Virus record (IMG/VR): IMGVR_UViG_3300044630_004720
Origin: a virus
Lineage: Duplodnaviria > Caudoviricetes
Direction: 5' to 3' (one strand)
DNA: 64,000 nt
The translations under genes were made by a program, and so were the position numbers. Under the pieces are notes generated by a model, which worked only from the letters and a program-made list of their open reading frames with translations, had not been told where the DNA came from and searched no databases. Positions 27,631-38,069 of the stretch are shown here, one piece after another. Position 1 is the stretch's first letter. Each line of letters begins with the position of its first letter.

Positions 27631-27645
27631 TAAAAATCTTTTTAT

Positions 27646-27677
27646 ATAAATATCAAACAGAGGGAAAGATATTTATA
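27646..27677. promoter_or_regulatory. Back-to-back divergent late promoters
   Basis: TATTTATA on - strand (27646-27653) and on + strand (27670-27677). Confidence 0.7.
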
Positions 27678-27682
27678 GAAGT

Positions 27683-29128
27683 ATGAATACCCAAAATATT
27701 TTAAAGTTTTACGGTTCGAAGTTAGATATCAGGTTAGATAGCTCTGAATTTTATGATTATGAGGTTACAAAAACAGAAAATGACTATAATTCAGACGTTT
27801 TAGACCTGTCAACATCCATAACATATACCGCATTAACCATAAATGAGTCGTTAAATGGTTTTGGGTGTTCAAGAAACACTATCAAATTAACTGAATACGA
27901 TAATAGGACTAATGACCCGTCTTATATATATTCGGGGTTGTCAGCGACGGTTACATATTCTTCCTTCGTCAATCATATATCCTCAACATATCAACATACT
28001 ATATTAAATGATGATGTGTATGAATATGAGGGATTAACAGGAGAGACCCACTACTTTACTATAACGGCTTTTAATCAAGCTTTAAGTATTCATACAGGAT
28101 TTACCGCCACAAATGAAACAGATTTAATTTTAGGATTTGTTTCGGGAACTACATCAATTGAAAAATGTGAAGGTAGATTAGATTCTCCGTCGTATTGTTG
28201 TCCGTTTCCGCCAAAATTAAGTAATAAACCTTGGGCTTATCAATTTATTGACCCCATTGTTAATAGTTGTAGTCCATTTATCAAAAGGAGAACAGAAAAG
28301 GGTTGGACTCTTGACTTTATTTTTAATAGGGAAAGTTTACCTTGGTCATCTGGTGGAGTTTTTTATTACTTTGGAACCCGTGGCTCTTCCAATATAGATG
28401 ATTACGCAGATAATAATTTATCTTTTGGGTTTACTTCAGACAGAAGAATAAGGTGGACGGCTATCAGATATTCGGGAGAATGTGTTAACAACGCCTATAC
28501 CGAAAGTTATTATGTTGATTCAGACCAAACAGTTCCATTATGTACAACAGGAACCACCAAAGACTTCAACGTTACTATTGTATTCGACAGATACAAAAGA
28601 TATACTGAATGTAATTTGGAAAACGATGGCGGATGGAATGATTTATTAGGTTGGAGAATTGATGAGTATAGTGAAAGTGGGACCACATCCACTCAGTTGG
28701 TAACATATGACGCAGAAAACGAAGAATTAAATAAAAAATGGGCAGACGAGAGAGAACGAAGATTGGGTGTTTTAAAAATATACCTTAATGGTCGACCAAT
28801 TTACAAAAAAGAGAATTGGGAAGAGGTTGTTCCTTCAAAAAGAGGAGTACAACCATTTATACAATCTTGGGGTGGTGGTACAGGTTTAATGACTCATCAC
28901 GACGGTGTTTGTTGTTTTAATATGAAAACAATCAAGTATTATGAAGAACCGTTAGATTTTGTCCACGTTAGACATAATTTTTTAACGAGATTAAATCAAT
29001 ATGATTTCTTTATTTGTGGATTAAATTGTGAAGATGATGTTTACACCATTGAGGGTGGTCATATTATAAATCAAAATGGTGAAATCATAACAAGTAGCGA
29101 TGGTACACACATACTATATAGAACATAA
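27683..29128 (+). CDS. Putative virion structural protein, 481 aa, possible lectin/LamG-like beta domain
   Basis: Late motif 5 nt upstream. GWTLDF...VFYYFG...LKIYLNG pattern. Thr/Ser/Gly-rich. Confidence 0.65.
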   Translation: MNTQNILKFYGSKLDIRLDSSEFYDYEVTKTENDYNSDVLDLSTSITYTALTINESLNGFGCSRNTIKLTEYDNRTNDPSYIYSGLSATVTYSSFVNHISSTYQHTILNDDVYEYEGLTGETHYFTITAFNQALSIHTGFTATNETDLILGFVSGTTSIEKCEGRLDSPSYCCPFPPKLSNKPWAYQFIDPIVNSCSPFIKRRTEKGWTLDFIFNRESLPWSSGGVFYYFGTRGSSNIDDYADNNLSFGFTSDRRIRWTAIRYSGECVNNAYTESYYVDSDQTVPLCTTGTTKDFNVTIVFDRYKRYTECNLENDGGWNDLLGWRIDEYSESGTTSTQLVTYDAENEELNKKWADERERRLGVLKIYLNGRPIYKKENWEEVVPSKRGVQPFIQSWGGGTGLMTHHDGVCCFNMKTIKYYEEPLDFVHVRHNFLTRLNQYDFFICGLNCEDDVYTIEGGHIINQNGEIITSSDGTHILYRT

Positions 29129-29135
29129 AAACTAA

Positions 29136-29143
29136 TATTTATA
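29136..29143 (+). promoter_or_regulatory. Putative late promoter TATTTATA
   Basis: 3 nt before ATG 29147. Confidence 0.65.
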
Positions 29144-29146
29144 GAA

Positions 29147-30232
29147 ATGGCAGAAAATAAACTAATATCAGAACTATCAGGAATAACAAACCCAAGTCTT
29201 ACGGGGTATACCGTTTATGATGACGGAATAACCACCTACAGAATGGCTTTAGGTGAATTAGTGGCATACGTAACAGCCGAGGAAGGTGATTTTGCAACTA
29301 CGGGAAGTAACACATTTAACGGAAATCAAATAATTAGTGGTAGTTTAACAATTACAGGTTCCGTAACTGCCAATTCGTTTGTAGGTAATGGTAGTGGATT
29401 GACAAATTTACCGTTATCACATTTAACAACAACATCATCGTTTAACACATTTACGGGTAATACAATGTCAATGTTTAGTAGTTTGACCCCTGTTTTAAAT
29501 GATATACAAACATCAACAAGTTCTTTAAATTCATTTACCAGTAGTATTAATACTAAAACAGGTTCATTTGCAACCACTGGCTCAAATACATTTTTAGGTA
29601 GCCAAACCATAAAAGACGCCGTTATTATCGGTCCGAGTGGTAGTAGACACACCAATAATCCTGAAATGTTACACGTCCAAAATAGTGGAAGTTTTAATAT
29701 TGCACATCTTCAAGGTAATGTTGACAATTATTTTCAACTTAATATAAAGAATGAAAGTTCTGCCGCGGGAGCAAGTACTGACTTTGTTGCAACTGCTGAT
29801 AATGGTACTGAAAATTTACATTATGTTAATATGGGTATCAACTCAAGTGGTTTTCTTACACCGTTTTCAGTTGGTTATCAAAATGATGCGTACCTAATTA
29901 ACAGAGGTAGAGATTTATATATTGGTTCTTTGGATGGTCCGGATTATGACCATACTCACGTTCATTTATTTTCTTCTAATAGTTGGCAGAATCCACAGAT
30001 TAGTATTATAAGTGAAGGAAAGATAGGATTTAACACAGGTTCTGTAACAACAGGATACACATATGAATTTAGTGGTAGTGTTAAATTAAATAATAATTTA
30101 AAAACGGATGGATTTACAATATTAACAAATGTAACCTCAAGTTTTACAAATGACGCGGCGGCCGCGGCTGGTGGTGTACCATTACAAGGACTATATAGAA
30201 GTGGTAGTTACGTTTTAATTAGATTAACATAA
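29147..30232 (+). CDS. Tail fiber-like protein
   Basis: Two FATTGSNTF.G.Q.I repeats around a coiled segment. C-terminal DAAAAAGGVPLQGLYRSG motif. Confidence 0.7.
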   Translation: MAENKLISELSGITNPSLTGYTVYDDGITTYRMALGELVAYVTAEEGDFATTGSNTFNGNQIISGSLTITGSVTANSFVGNGSGLTNLPLSHLTTTSSFNTFTGNTMSMFSSLTPVLNDIQTSTSSLNSFTSSINTKTGSFATTGSNTFLGSQTIKDAVIIGPSGSRHTNNPEMLHVQNSGSFNIAHLQGNVDNYFQLNIKNESSAAGASTDFVATADNGTENLHYVNMGINSSGFLTPFSVGYQNDAYLINRGRDLYIGSLDGPDYDHTHVHLFSSNSWQNPQISIISEGKIGFNTGSVTTGYTYEFSGSVKLNNNLKTDGFTILTNVTSSFTNDAAAAAGGVPLQGLYRSGSYVLIRLT

Positions 30233-30233
30233 T

Positions 30234-30602
30234 ATGGAATTTTTTATCAGACAGGGCGCAAGTGACCCAATATTGAAAATGAAATTGATTGATGACGGTA
30301 AAAACGACAAGTCGTCCTTTAATGATATGCTAGAAAATTCAGACATCACATTTGAAATGTTTGATGTTAAAACAGAAGAATATCATATCTTAAACGGTCC
30401 TTGTCTATTAACGACAAGAACCAAAAAGTATGACCAAACAACTGACGAATACTACATTACCTATCGTTTTTCAGAAGAAGGTACGTCAGTTAAAGGTAGA
30501 TACGAAGGAATTGTAACGGTTCAATTTTTAGATACAAACTCAAACCCAACAACAAAACTTATCCTTCCAATCAAAGAAAAATTATACATTAACGTAGTGT
30601 AA
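30234..30602 (+). CDS. Small structural protein, BppU-N-like
   Basis: FFIRQGASDP.LKM.L...ITF.M...YRF...T...G.YEG...V.F...LILP. Confidence 0.55.
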   Translation: MEFFIRQGASDPILKMKLIDDGKNDKSSFNDMLENSDITFEMFDVKTEEYHILNGPCLLTTRTKKYDQTTDEYYITYRFSEEGTSVKGRYEGIVTVQFLDTNSNPTTKLILPIKEKLYINVV

Positions 30603-30634
30603 TTTGTTTTTCACCGTTTAATTTTTTATATTTA
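30603..30634 (+). promoter_or_regulatory. Host-type promoter for DNA polymerase
   Basis: TTTG-N20-TATATTTA. Confidence 0.55.
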
Positions 30635-30698
30635 TTAAGTAACAAGGCAAACTGTGATTTAGGTCACAAGCTAATACGTCACTTTAAAAAAATATAAA

Positions 30699-33596
30699 AT
30701 GAAAGAGGTAATATCTCAGGAAGTTATTGAAAGCTTCCTTAACGGTGGTGACCCCGAAGAGTTCATCGTGGGTGTTGAATATGACTACCCAACCAACAAA
30801 ATCTACAAAATTATTCAGGACCCTATTCAGGGTAAAATCATCAAAGAAGATACGTTTACTCCATTTATGTGGGTAGGTGATTTATCAGGATTAAATTTCT
30901 ATGGTAATTCCAAATCCATTCAAAAGAAAAGGATGGGTGAATTCGGTATTCTTATTGAAAAATTAGAAACCGGTGGAAATGAAAGACTTGAAGCAGGTAT
31001 GAAATTTTTAGTAAAAAGTATTAAAAGTTATACTGACTTAATTTCATTTTTCAGAATGGGGGGATTAAATCCTTGGGATGAAAAATATAGACAATTTTTT
31101 ACAATACTATCACCCGTAGAACAATATCTAATTCAAAAAAGAAAAAGATTATTCAAAGGAATTGATGACTATGGTGGTGTACATCGATTTGTATTCGATA
31201 TTGAGACCACAGGTTTAGACCCTGAAACTTGTAATATCATTTTGATTGGAGTTAAGGATAACCGTGGTTTAAATGAAACAATTCCCGCATTTGGTGAAGA
31301 TGGTGAAAAGACTTGTATAGAAAGGTTTTTTTATCATATTAGAAATTTGAAACCAACAATTATTGGCGGTTATAACTCCGCATTCTTTGATTGGCCGTTT
31401 ATATTAAAACGTGCACAAATACTTGGTGTTGATATTGAAGGTTTGACACAAATCTTTACATCACAAGGTATGAAAGAAAAAGAGGGGATGTTAAAACTTG
31501 CAAATGAAATTGAACCTTATACACAACACGTTATATGGGGTTTTAATATTATCGATATTGCACATTCTGTTCGTAGAGCTCAGGCAATTAACTCAGAGAT
31601 TAAGTCTTGGGGTTTGAAATATATTACACAATATTTGGAAAAAGAAAAACCTAATCGTGTTTACGTTGATGGTGGTAAAATCTCAAAAATATATCTTGAT
31701 AATGAAAGTTATTATGTTAATCCTAAAACAGGTAACTATAAACAAATTGGTGACCCCGGTACTGAAGGATTAATGGAAAAATATCCCGGCAAGTTTGAGA
31801 TATGGCCAGGTAGAAAAATTGTAGAACAGTATCTTGATGATGACTTGTATGAAACTATGATTGTGGATGATTCGTTTTCACAATCAACGTTTCTACTTTC
31901 TAAATTGGTACCTACAACATATGAAAGAATTGCAACAATGGGTACTGCAACATTATGGAAGATAATAATGTTAGCTTGGTCATATGAAAACAATTTGGCG
32001 GTTCCTGCTAAAGATGAAAAACGAGCAATCACAGGAGGTCTATCACGTTTATTAAATGTTGGGTACTCAAAGAACATTGTTAAGTTTGACTACGCTTCAC
32101 TTTATCCATCTATTCAACTTGTGTATGATGTATTCCCCGAATGTGATATTATGGGTGTACAGAAATCAATGTTAAAGTATTTCCGTAACATTCGTATTAA
32201 GTACAAAAGATTAGCGGGAGAACTTGCGAAAACAAATCCCGTAGAGGCGGAAATGTACGACCGTAAACAATTACCAATTAAGATTTTTATTAACGCTTAT
32301 TTTGGTAGTTTATCTGCACCACAAGTATTTCCTTGGGGAGATATGAATATGGGTGAAACTATCACTTGTACAGGTCGTCAATGTTTACGTATGATGATTA
32401 TGTTCTTTATGAAGAAAGGTTATAAACCTCTCGTAATGGATACAGATGGTGTGAACTTTGAAACTCCTGACACAATTAACGAGCACAAGTATATTGGTAA
32501 AGGTTTAAATGAGTTAGTGGAAGAAGGTAAAGAATATCAAGGTATTGAAGCGGACACAGCAGAATTTAATGATATCTTTATGAGAAACGAAATGGGTCTT
32601 GATATTGACTACACTGCTCCGGCTTGTATTAACGTATCTCGTAAGAACTACATCATTAAATTGATGAAGAAAGGAAAAGAGAAAATTAAATTAACGGGTA
32701 ACACTATTAAATCTAAAAAATTACAAACATACATTGTTGAATTTTTAGATGAAGGTTTGAAAATGTTATTGAATGGTGATGGTTTATCTTTCGTTGAATT
32801 GTATTATGAATACGTTGAAAAGATTTATAACAAAGAAATCCCATTAGCAAAAATTGCAAACAAATCACGTGTTAAACAATCCGTAGAAGATTATAAAAAA
32901 CACATCAAGAAGACAACTAAGGCAGGTTCATTAATGTCACGTCAGGCACATATGGAGCTAATTCTTGAAAACGATTATCCTGCCGGACTTGGTGATACTA
33001 TCTATTACATCAATAATGGTACAAAGAAAACCTCCGGTGATGTTCAGAAGATAAGTAAACCAACCAAGAAACAACAAGAAGAATATCGTGCAAAAAATGG
33101 TGTTGATATGCCAAATGATTTTATAGAAATCAATTGTTATATGATTCCTGAAAAAGATATTGTAAATAATCCAAATTTAACAGGTGAATACAATGTTGCG
33201 AGATATCTATCAAACTTCAATAAACGTATTGAACCTTTACTTTGTGTGTTTAAAAAAGAAATTCGTGAGGATATTTTAATTGAAGACCCAAGTGATAGAC
33301 AATACTTTACTAAATCTCAATGTGAACTTATTAATGGTCAACCGATAAAAGAAGACGGTCAAGATAAATTTGATGAAGTGATGACATTGTCAGATAGTGA
33401 GGTGTTATTTTGGAACAGAGTTGGTCGTGACCCGTTCTTTATGTATGTAGAAAACAGCTTAGAACTTGCGGACCCATATTGGGTAGACCACAATAGGAAA
33501 GTAGTTTCTCTACAAGCGGAAAGTATTAAGAGTAACGAAGATGAAATTATCGAAACCAATGGAAACGACTTTGCTTTACACGCAGTTGAAAGTTAA
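30699..33596 (+). CDS. Family B DNA polymerase
   Basis: Exo FDIETTG and YNSAFFDW. Pol FDYASLYPS, KIFINAYFG, DTDG. No intein apparent. Confidence 0.97.
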   Translation: MKEVISQEVIESFLNGGDPEEFIVGVEYDYPTNKIYKIIQDPIQGKIIKEDTFTPFMWVGDLSGLNFYGNSKSIQKKRMGEFGILIEKLETGGNERLEAGMKFLVKSIKSYTDLISFFRMGGLNPWDEKYRQFFTILSPVEQYLIQKRKRLFKGIDDYGGVHRFVFDIETTGLDPETCNIILIGVKDNRGLNETIPAFGEDGEKTCIERFFYHIRNLKPTIIGGYNSAFFDWPFILKRAQILGVDIEGLTQIFTSQGMKEKEGMLKLANEIEPYTQHVIWGFNIIDIAHSVRRAQAINSEIKSWGLKYITQYLEKEKPNRVYVDGGKISKIYLDNESYYVNPKTGNYKQIGDPGTEGLMEKYPGKFEIWPGRKIVEQYLDDDLYETMIVDDSFSQSTFLLSKLVPTTYERIATMGTATLWKIIMLAWSYENNLAVPAKDEKRAITGGLSRLLNVGYSKNIVKFDYASLYPSIQLVYDVFPECDIMGVQKSMLKYFRNIRIKYKRLAGELAKTNPVEAEMYDRKQLPIKIFINAYFGSLSAPQVFPWGDMNMGETITCTGRQCLRMMIMFFMKKGYKPLVMDTDGVNFETPDTINEHKYIGKGLNELVEEGKEYQGIEADTAEFNDIFMRNEMGLDIDYTAPACINVSRKNYIIKLMKKGKEKIKLTGNTIKSKKLQTYIVEFLDEGLKMLLNGDGLSFVELYYEYVEKIYNKEIPLAKIANKSRVKQSVEDYKKHIKKTTKAGSLMSRQAHMELILENDYPAGLGDTIYYINNGTKKTSGDVQKISKPTKKQQEEYRAKNGVDMPNDFIEINCYMIPEKDIVNNPNLTGEYNVARYLSNFNKRIEPLLCVFKKEIREDILIEDPSDRQYFTKSQCELINGQPIKEDGQDKFDEVMTLSDSEVLFWNRVGRDPFFMYVENSLELADPYWVDHNRKVVSLQAESIKSNEDEIIETNGNDFALHAVES

Positions 33597-34711
33597 ATTA
33601 CATTAAACGGAGAAGGCATTGGTCTATATTTTAATGCCTTATTAAGATTTTCCGCCTCGGCTCCTTTTCTCTCGAGAAGTTTGTCGGGGCGAAGTCTTTC
33701 TAATCTAGCAGCCAACTCTTCAACAAGTTTTAATCTTTCGTCTTTACCCTCGGTAAGTAAAGAACTATAATCTAATTTAATTGTACTATCAGGAACCTGT
33801 AAGTCACCTGAGAATTTACCCCAAATACGACCTAAACCTTCTTTAGCATATCCGATTAGATATTTTCTAACCCAGTTTTGTGCGGGTTTATTTAATCTAT
33901 CCCAAGTCAATTGTTCAGTTTCAACGTCTGATGGTAACTTAATAACATCTGCGTTTTGTTCTAAACAAGTATCTCTGTCCATAGTATCATAATACCAATA
34001 CCAAACTCTGAAATTTGCGTTCTTTATAGAACCAAAATCAAATTTTCCACCCGGTACGTTCATTAAGTGTACAATTTTAGTACCATTAGGACCTGCGGTT
34101 ATTCTATATGTTAATTCACCACCAATAAGACGATTTTTTAAGTTTCTGTCTTGCATTCTCAATAATAAATCAAATGCAGGTAACATAAAGTAAGAACCTG
34201 ATGTACCGATTTGAGCAAAACCACCCACACCACCGAAACCTACACCACCAAGTCCACCAAAACCACCTAAGAAAGGGTCTACGATAGAATCGGTAAGTTC
34301 AGCTCTTGTGAACCATAAAAGTTCATTTATTTCACGACCCGCGGGAATCACATATGTTTGAGTACCTCCTGATAATGTGATGTAATCTTTTTTCAGTTCG
34401 TGAGGTCCATTAGCTTGAAGACCTACAATCTTTGAATATGAGTAGGTATATTGGGTTTCATAGTCTAAACTTCTTGTTGTAAAGGCTCGAGTTAAAGATT
34501 GTGTATCAACGTCTAACCCCGCCAAAGCTGACCACTGAGATTCAATTAACCAATCAGACACATATTGTTCGTATTCTGAAATTGAAAACTCAATAAAGGT
34601 GTCCATTTGTTCTTCGGTTAATTCAATACCTCTAACAGGCATACCTAATAAATGGAATACTTGAGAGTATAGTTTTTCTTTTTCTGGTTGTGATATAACA
34701 GTAGTAGCCAT
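33593..34711 (-). CDS. Neck/head-completion protein (T4 gp13-like)
   Basis: LLGMPVRGIELTEEQMD resembles the gp13 N-terminus. WVRKY...AKEGLGRIWGKF. Confidence 0.8.
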   Translation of the reverse strand: MATTVISQPEKEKLYSQVFHLLGMPVRGIELTEEQMDTFIEFSISEYEQYVSDWLIESQWSALAGLDVDTQSLTRAFTTRSLDYETQYTYSYSKIVGLQANGPHELKKDYITLSGGTQTYVIPAGREINELLWFTRAELTDSIVDPFLGGFGGLGGVGFGGVGGFAQIGTSGSYFMLPAFDLLLRMQDRNLKNRLIGGELTYRITAGPNGTKIVHLMNVPGGKFDFGSIKNANFRVWYWYYDTMDRDTCLEQNADVIKLPSDVETEQLTWDRLNKPAQNWVRKYLIGYAKEGLGRIWGKFSGDLQVPDSTIKLDYSSLLTEGKDERLKLVEELAARLERLRPDKLLERKGAEAENLNKALKYRPMPSPFNVI

Positions 34712-34712
34712 A

Positions 34713-34744
34713 TTTGTTTTATTTCTATAAATAGTTTATATTTT
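34713..34744. promoter_or_regulatory. Interleaved divergent promoters: host-type (+) and late (-)
   Basis: TTTG-N20-TATATTTT on +. TATTTATA on - at 34726-34733 lies inside its spacer. Confidence 0.6.
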
Positions 34745-34749
34745 AGAAT

Positions 34750-35775
34750 ATGAATATAAATTCAACTCAAAAATTAGATTATAGTTTCTTTCAAAACCTT
34801 TACGAGGAAGGTAAAACGGGGTGGAAGGGACTTTACTTTGAGGAAGCTCAAAGATGTTTTGAGTCCGCATTTTCTAAAATTAATAGATGGGGGTGGTTTG
34901 AAAAAGAAGAAAGGTATGGTATATTAAGTGAAGATGGAAAATGGGACGCTTTAAATAGATTCAACACTCACCCGAATTTATATCGGTTTGTTTATGAAGA
35001 ATGTATAAACTCAAACCCAAATTGTTTTACTGATTTTGGTAACCCAATTTATCACGAGAAAAATATAAAAGTGATGTGGGAGTTTTTAATGGAAAATTTT
35101 GATTTGTACTTCACAAAAAACATAACACCAAAATATTACAATAAAATATATTATCTATTAAATAAATCTTGGCAAACAGGTAATATAACAACAATCATTG
35201 CAGTATCTCACTTGAAAAATGCGTTTCCGAATATTACTGAGATGAAATACGGATTTGAAGCTGGTGATAAATCAGATATGATGGGAGTGGATATTGAAAT
35301 TAAGTTAGATAATGATGAAATAAAAAAATTTCAAGTTAAGAGTGGTAGATATACTGATAAAAGTTATGGTGGTATCTATTACGTTAATGGTTCTGCGAAT
35401 GATTTGAGTTATAAAAATTGTGATTACTACATTTATGGTCAACCTAAGTGGCAAGACACATTATCACAAGTAATAATTTTTAAAAATAGTCCTGATTTAA
35501 AAAAGAAAGATAAAAAGACATTACTCGTACCTCAAAAAAATATTATATATAAAACACAACAATTTATGTCAATACCTGAAAATTTATCTAAACTAATGGA
35601 GATATGTGGTAAAAACGATATCGAGTTTAGAATATTAAAAGAAGAGGAGGAAAGTTCAGTTTCATTTAACGAAGAAGAACAAATACTAACAGTTAAATTT
35701 ATTGGTCCTGATGATTCTACTTTATTAAGTAAGATTCAGAACACAATAAAAACATTAGAAGAGAGATTTAAGTAA
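34750..35775 (+). CDS. Hypothetical protein with PD-(D/E)XK-like nuclease motif
   Basis: SDMMGVDIEIK...KFQVKSG. Confidence 0.5.
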   Translation: MNINSTQKLDYSFFQNLYEEGKTGWKGLYFEEAQRCFESAFSKINRWGWFEKEERYGILSEDGKWDALNRFNTHPNLYRFVYEECINSNPNCFTDFGNPIYHEKNIKVMWEFLMENFDLYFTKNITPKYYNKIYYLLNKSWQTGNITTIIAVSHLKNAFPNITEMKYGFEAGDKSDMMGVDIEIKLDNDEIKKFQVKSGRYTDKSYGGIYYVNGSANDLSYKNCDYYIYGQPKWQDTLSQVIIFKNSPDLKKKDKKTLLVPQKNIIYKTQQFMSIPENLSKLMEICGKNDIEFRILKEEEESSVSFNEEEQILTVKFIGPDDSTLLSKIQNTIKTLEERFK

Positions 35776-37506
35776 GTCCTTACTGAATGTTTCTGAGTAT
35801 TCTCCGTCACCCATCACTTGGTCGATGATACCTTTTTTCTTCTGTAATATATTGTAAACAATCTTCTCAATAGTGTTCTCAAATATTGGATAATATACGA
35901 GGACACTATTTTTTTGCCCGTATCTATATGCTCTATCTTCTGCTTGACTATGATGTGCAGGGACAAATGACAAATCATTCATAATTACAACTTCAGCCGC
36001 GGTTAATGTAATACCAACACCACCGGCAACAATGTTAGATATGAATACTTTTACCTTATCATTGTTTTGAAATTTATCTACCGATTCTTGTTTACGCTCT
36101 TTAGACATACGACCATCGAGAGTAACCGAATTCTTTTTGTATTTTTCGTGAATCAATTCTAATGATGATGTAAAATTGGTAAATACAATTACTTTCTTCC
36201 CTTGTTCAAGACATTTGTCAATAAGTTCACAAGTGTACGATACTTTTTCAATCGCAATCAATTGACGAATCTTCATTAAACGATTTAAGGTAACAGTAAT
36301 ACTTTCATTTTCTTTGTTGTCTTTACTGATTCTCATAAATTCCTCTAACTCATCGTCATAGAATGTATTTTTCAATTCTAAATAAACGGGGGTTACTATT
36401 TTTTCAGGTAAATCGAGAATGTCAGTTTTCATTCTTCTTAAAACTAAACTTTTAGTTCTTTCCCTTAGTTCATCTAAATTAGACGCTCCACTAGTGTTCC
36501 AAACCTTTCTATTACCAACTCTAAATTGATATCCTGCACAATATCTACGAACATATGATTGCCAATTAAGTGTTAATGGTGATTCGACAATTTTTAATAG
36601 ATTAAAATAGTTAATAGGTCTTGATGTCATCGGAGTTCCTGTAAGTAACCAAACCTTTGGTATTTTTTCTAATACGTCATTTAATAATCTTGTCCTTTGA
36701 GCAGTATTGTTAGATATGTAATGAGCTTCATCTACAATCGCCAAATCAAAACCTGCGTTTACCAATAGTTTATAATCTTCACTATCTTCACTATTGTCTG
36801 TGGTATGGAAGTTCTTTAATATATCATAATTTATAATATAATAATCAAAAGTAGAACCCCACTTACGACCTTCAATTAGTAAGATTCTTCTATCTGTATA
36901 ATTTTCAATTTCTCTTTGCCAGTTAATTTTGAGGGATGCCGGACAAACTATCAGAATTTTTCTGGCATTACTTTCTAAAGACGCAATAACCGCGGACGTA
37001 GTCTTCCCAAGACCCATATCATCCGCTAAAATAAATTTATCGTTTGCTAATAATTTCTCGATGGCGACTTTTTGATGTTCCATCGGAGCTCTCTTACTAT
37101 AGGGACTATAGTCAATTACTCTATTGAGTTTCTTTTCTTCTTGTAAGATTGCGGCTTTAGGTACCCACATTGCCTGTAGTTTATCCGAATCTAAAACCTT
37201 ACCCCAAATGTGGTATGCTTTGTCTGTTTCGCAAAGTAATTTCTCGACCCATATTTTTTGTGGGACTGAAACCAAAAATCTTTGCTCCATTATCTTCTCT
37301 CCGAACGATTCAACTATTGAAACGTATTTTTTTGCCACCTTTGGTGTAATTGAGTGATATTTTAAAACATAATCAGCCTGTGGCCTTGTAAAACTAAACC
37401 CCTTTGCAGTTTGGGATTTAATTTTCCATTCCAATAATTGATTATTGGAACCATCATAATTTTCTAATATTTCTCTTGCCTCTATCTCAGGAATTTTTCT
37501 TTCCAT
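35755..37506 (-). CDS. SNF2/HARP-like helicase (start revised to MERK)
   Basis: LADDMGLGKT, DEAH, LTGTP, LRRMK, GVGITLTAA, QAEDRAYRYGQ. Confidence 0.93.
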   Translation of the reverse strand: MERKIPEIEAREILENYDGSNNQLLEWKIKSQTAKGFSFTRPQADYVLKYHSITPKVAKKYVSIVESFGEKIMEQRFLVSVPQKIWVEKLLCETDKAYHIWGKVLDSDKLQAMWVPKAAILQEEKKLNRVIDYSPYSKRAPMEHQKVAIEKLLANDKFILADDMGLGKTTSAVIASLESNARKILIVCPASLKINWQREIENYTDRRILLIEGRKWGSTFDYYIINYDILKNFHTTDNSEDSEDYKLLVNAGFDLAIVDEAHYISNNTAQRTRLLNDVLEKIPKVWLLTGTPMTSRPINYFNLLKIVESPLTLNWQSYVRRYCAGYQFRVGNRKVWNTSGASNLDELRERTKSLVLRRMKTDILDLPEKIVTPVYLELKNTFYDDELEEFMRISKDNKENESITVTLNRLMKIRQLIAIEKVSYTCELIDKCLEQGKKVIVFTNFTSSLELIHEKYKKNSVTLDGRMSKERKQESVDKFQNNDKVKVFISNIVAGGVGITLTAAEVVIMNDLSFVPAHHSQAEDRAYRYGQKNSVLVYYPIFENTIEKIVYNILQKKKGIIDQVMGDGEYSETFSKDLLKSLF

Positions 37507-37509
37507 ATT

Positions 37510-37549
37510 AAAATATAACAAAATGGATTGTATTATTAAACTATTTATA
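37510..37549. promoter_or_regulatory. Back-to-back host-type (-) and late (+) promoters
   Basis: TTTA-N19-TATATTTT on -, 3 nt before ATG 37506. TATTTATA on + at 37542-37549, 5 nt before ATG 37555. Confidence 0.6.
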
Positions 37550-37554
37550 CGTAT

Positions 37555-38067
37555 ATGGAAAATAAATTACCCATAAACAGATTATCTAAATTCTTCTCAA
37601 CAGACGACTTTGACCTCCATATTCAAATGGGTCAGGAGTATCTACACGGAGATTTAAATATGAAATTGGTTCTATATAGAGTAGATAGAGCCAAAACAGA
37701 TAAGGACGCAGTTTATGCAGAAGTGGGTAAGGATGAGATAAAATATTTCCCTCCTATTGAATTTAATGCGTTAGTTAAAATTGATGAACCTAAAAATAGT
37801 TCTTATAAGAATGGAACTCTTAGGTATTTGGAGCCTGGTAATTTACTAATCCAAGTGTATATAAAACACTTAGAAGAATTGAAGATAGATGTTAGATATG
37901 GTGATTATATCGCGTATCCCGAATCGGAAGGTCGAGTTAGATATTATAATGTTATTAATGACGGAAAAGTAACATCTGACAATAAACACAATCATTTCGG
38001 GTTCAAACCATATTATAGAACAATAACTTGTGCACCTGTTCAGGAAGGTGAATTTAGAGGAGTTTAA
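37555..38067 (+). CDS. Neck protein (T4 gp14-like)
   Basis: GQEYL..LVLYRVD...VYAE...Y..PIEFNAL. Precedes the gp15-like gene. Confidence 0.7.
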   Translation: MENKLPINRLSKFFSTDDFDLHIQMGQEYLHGDLNMKLVLYRVDRAKTDKDAVYAEVGKDEIKYFPPIEFNALVKIDEPKNSSYKNGTLRYLEPGNLLIQVYIKHLEELKIDVRYGDYIAYPESEGRVRYYNVINDGKVTSDNKHNHFGFKPYYRTITCAPVQEGEFRGV

Positions 38068-38069
38068 TT

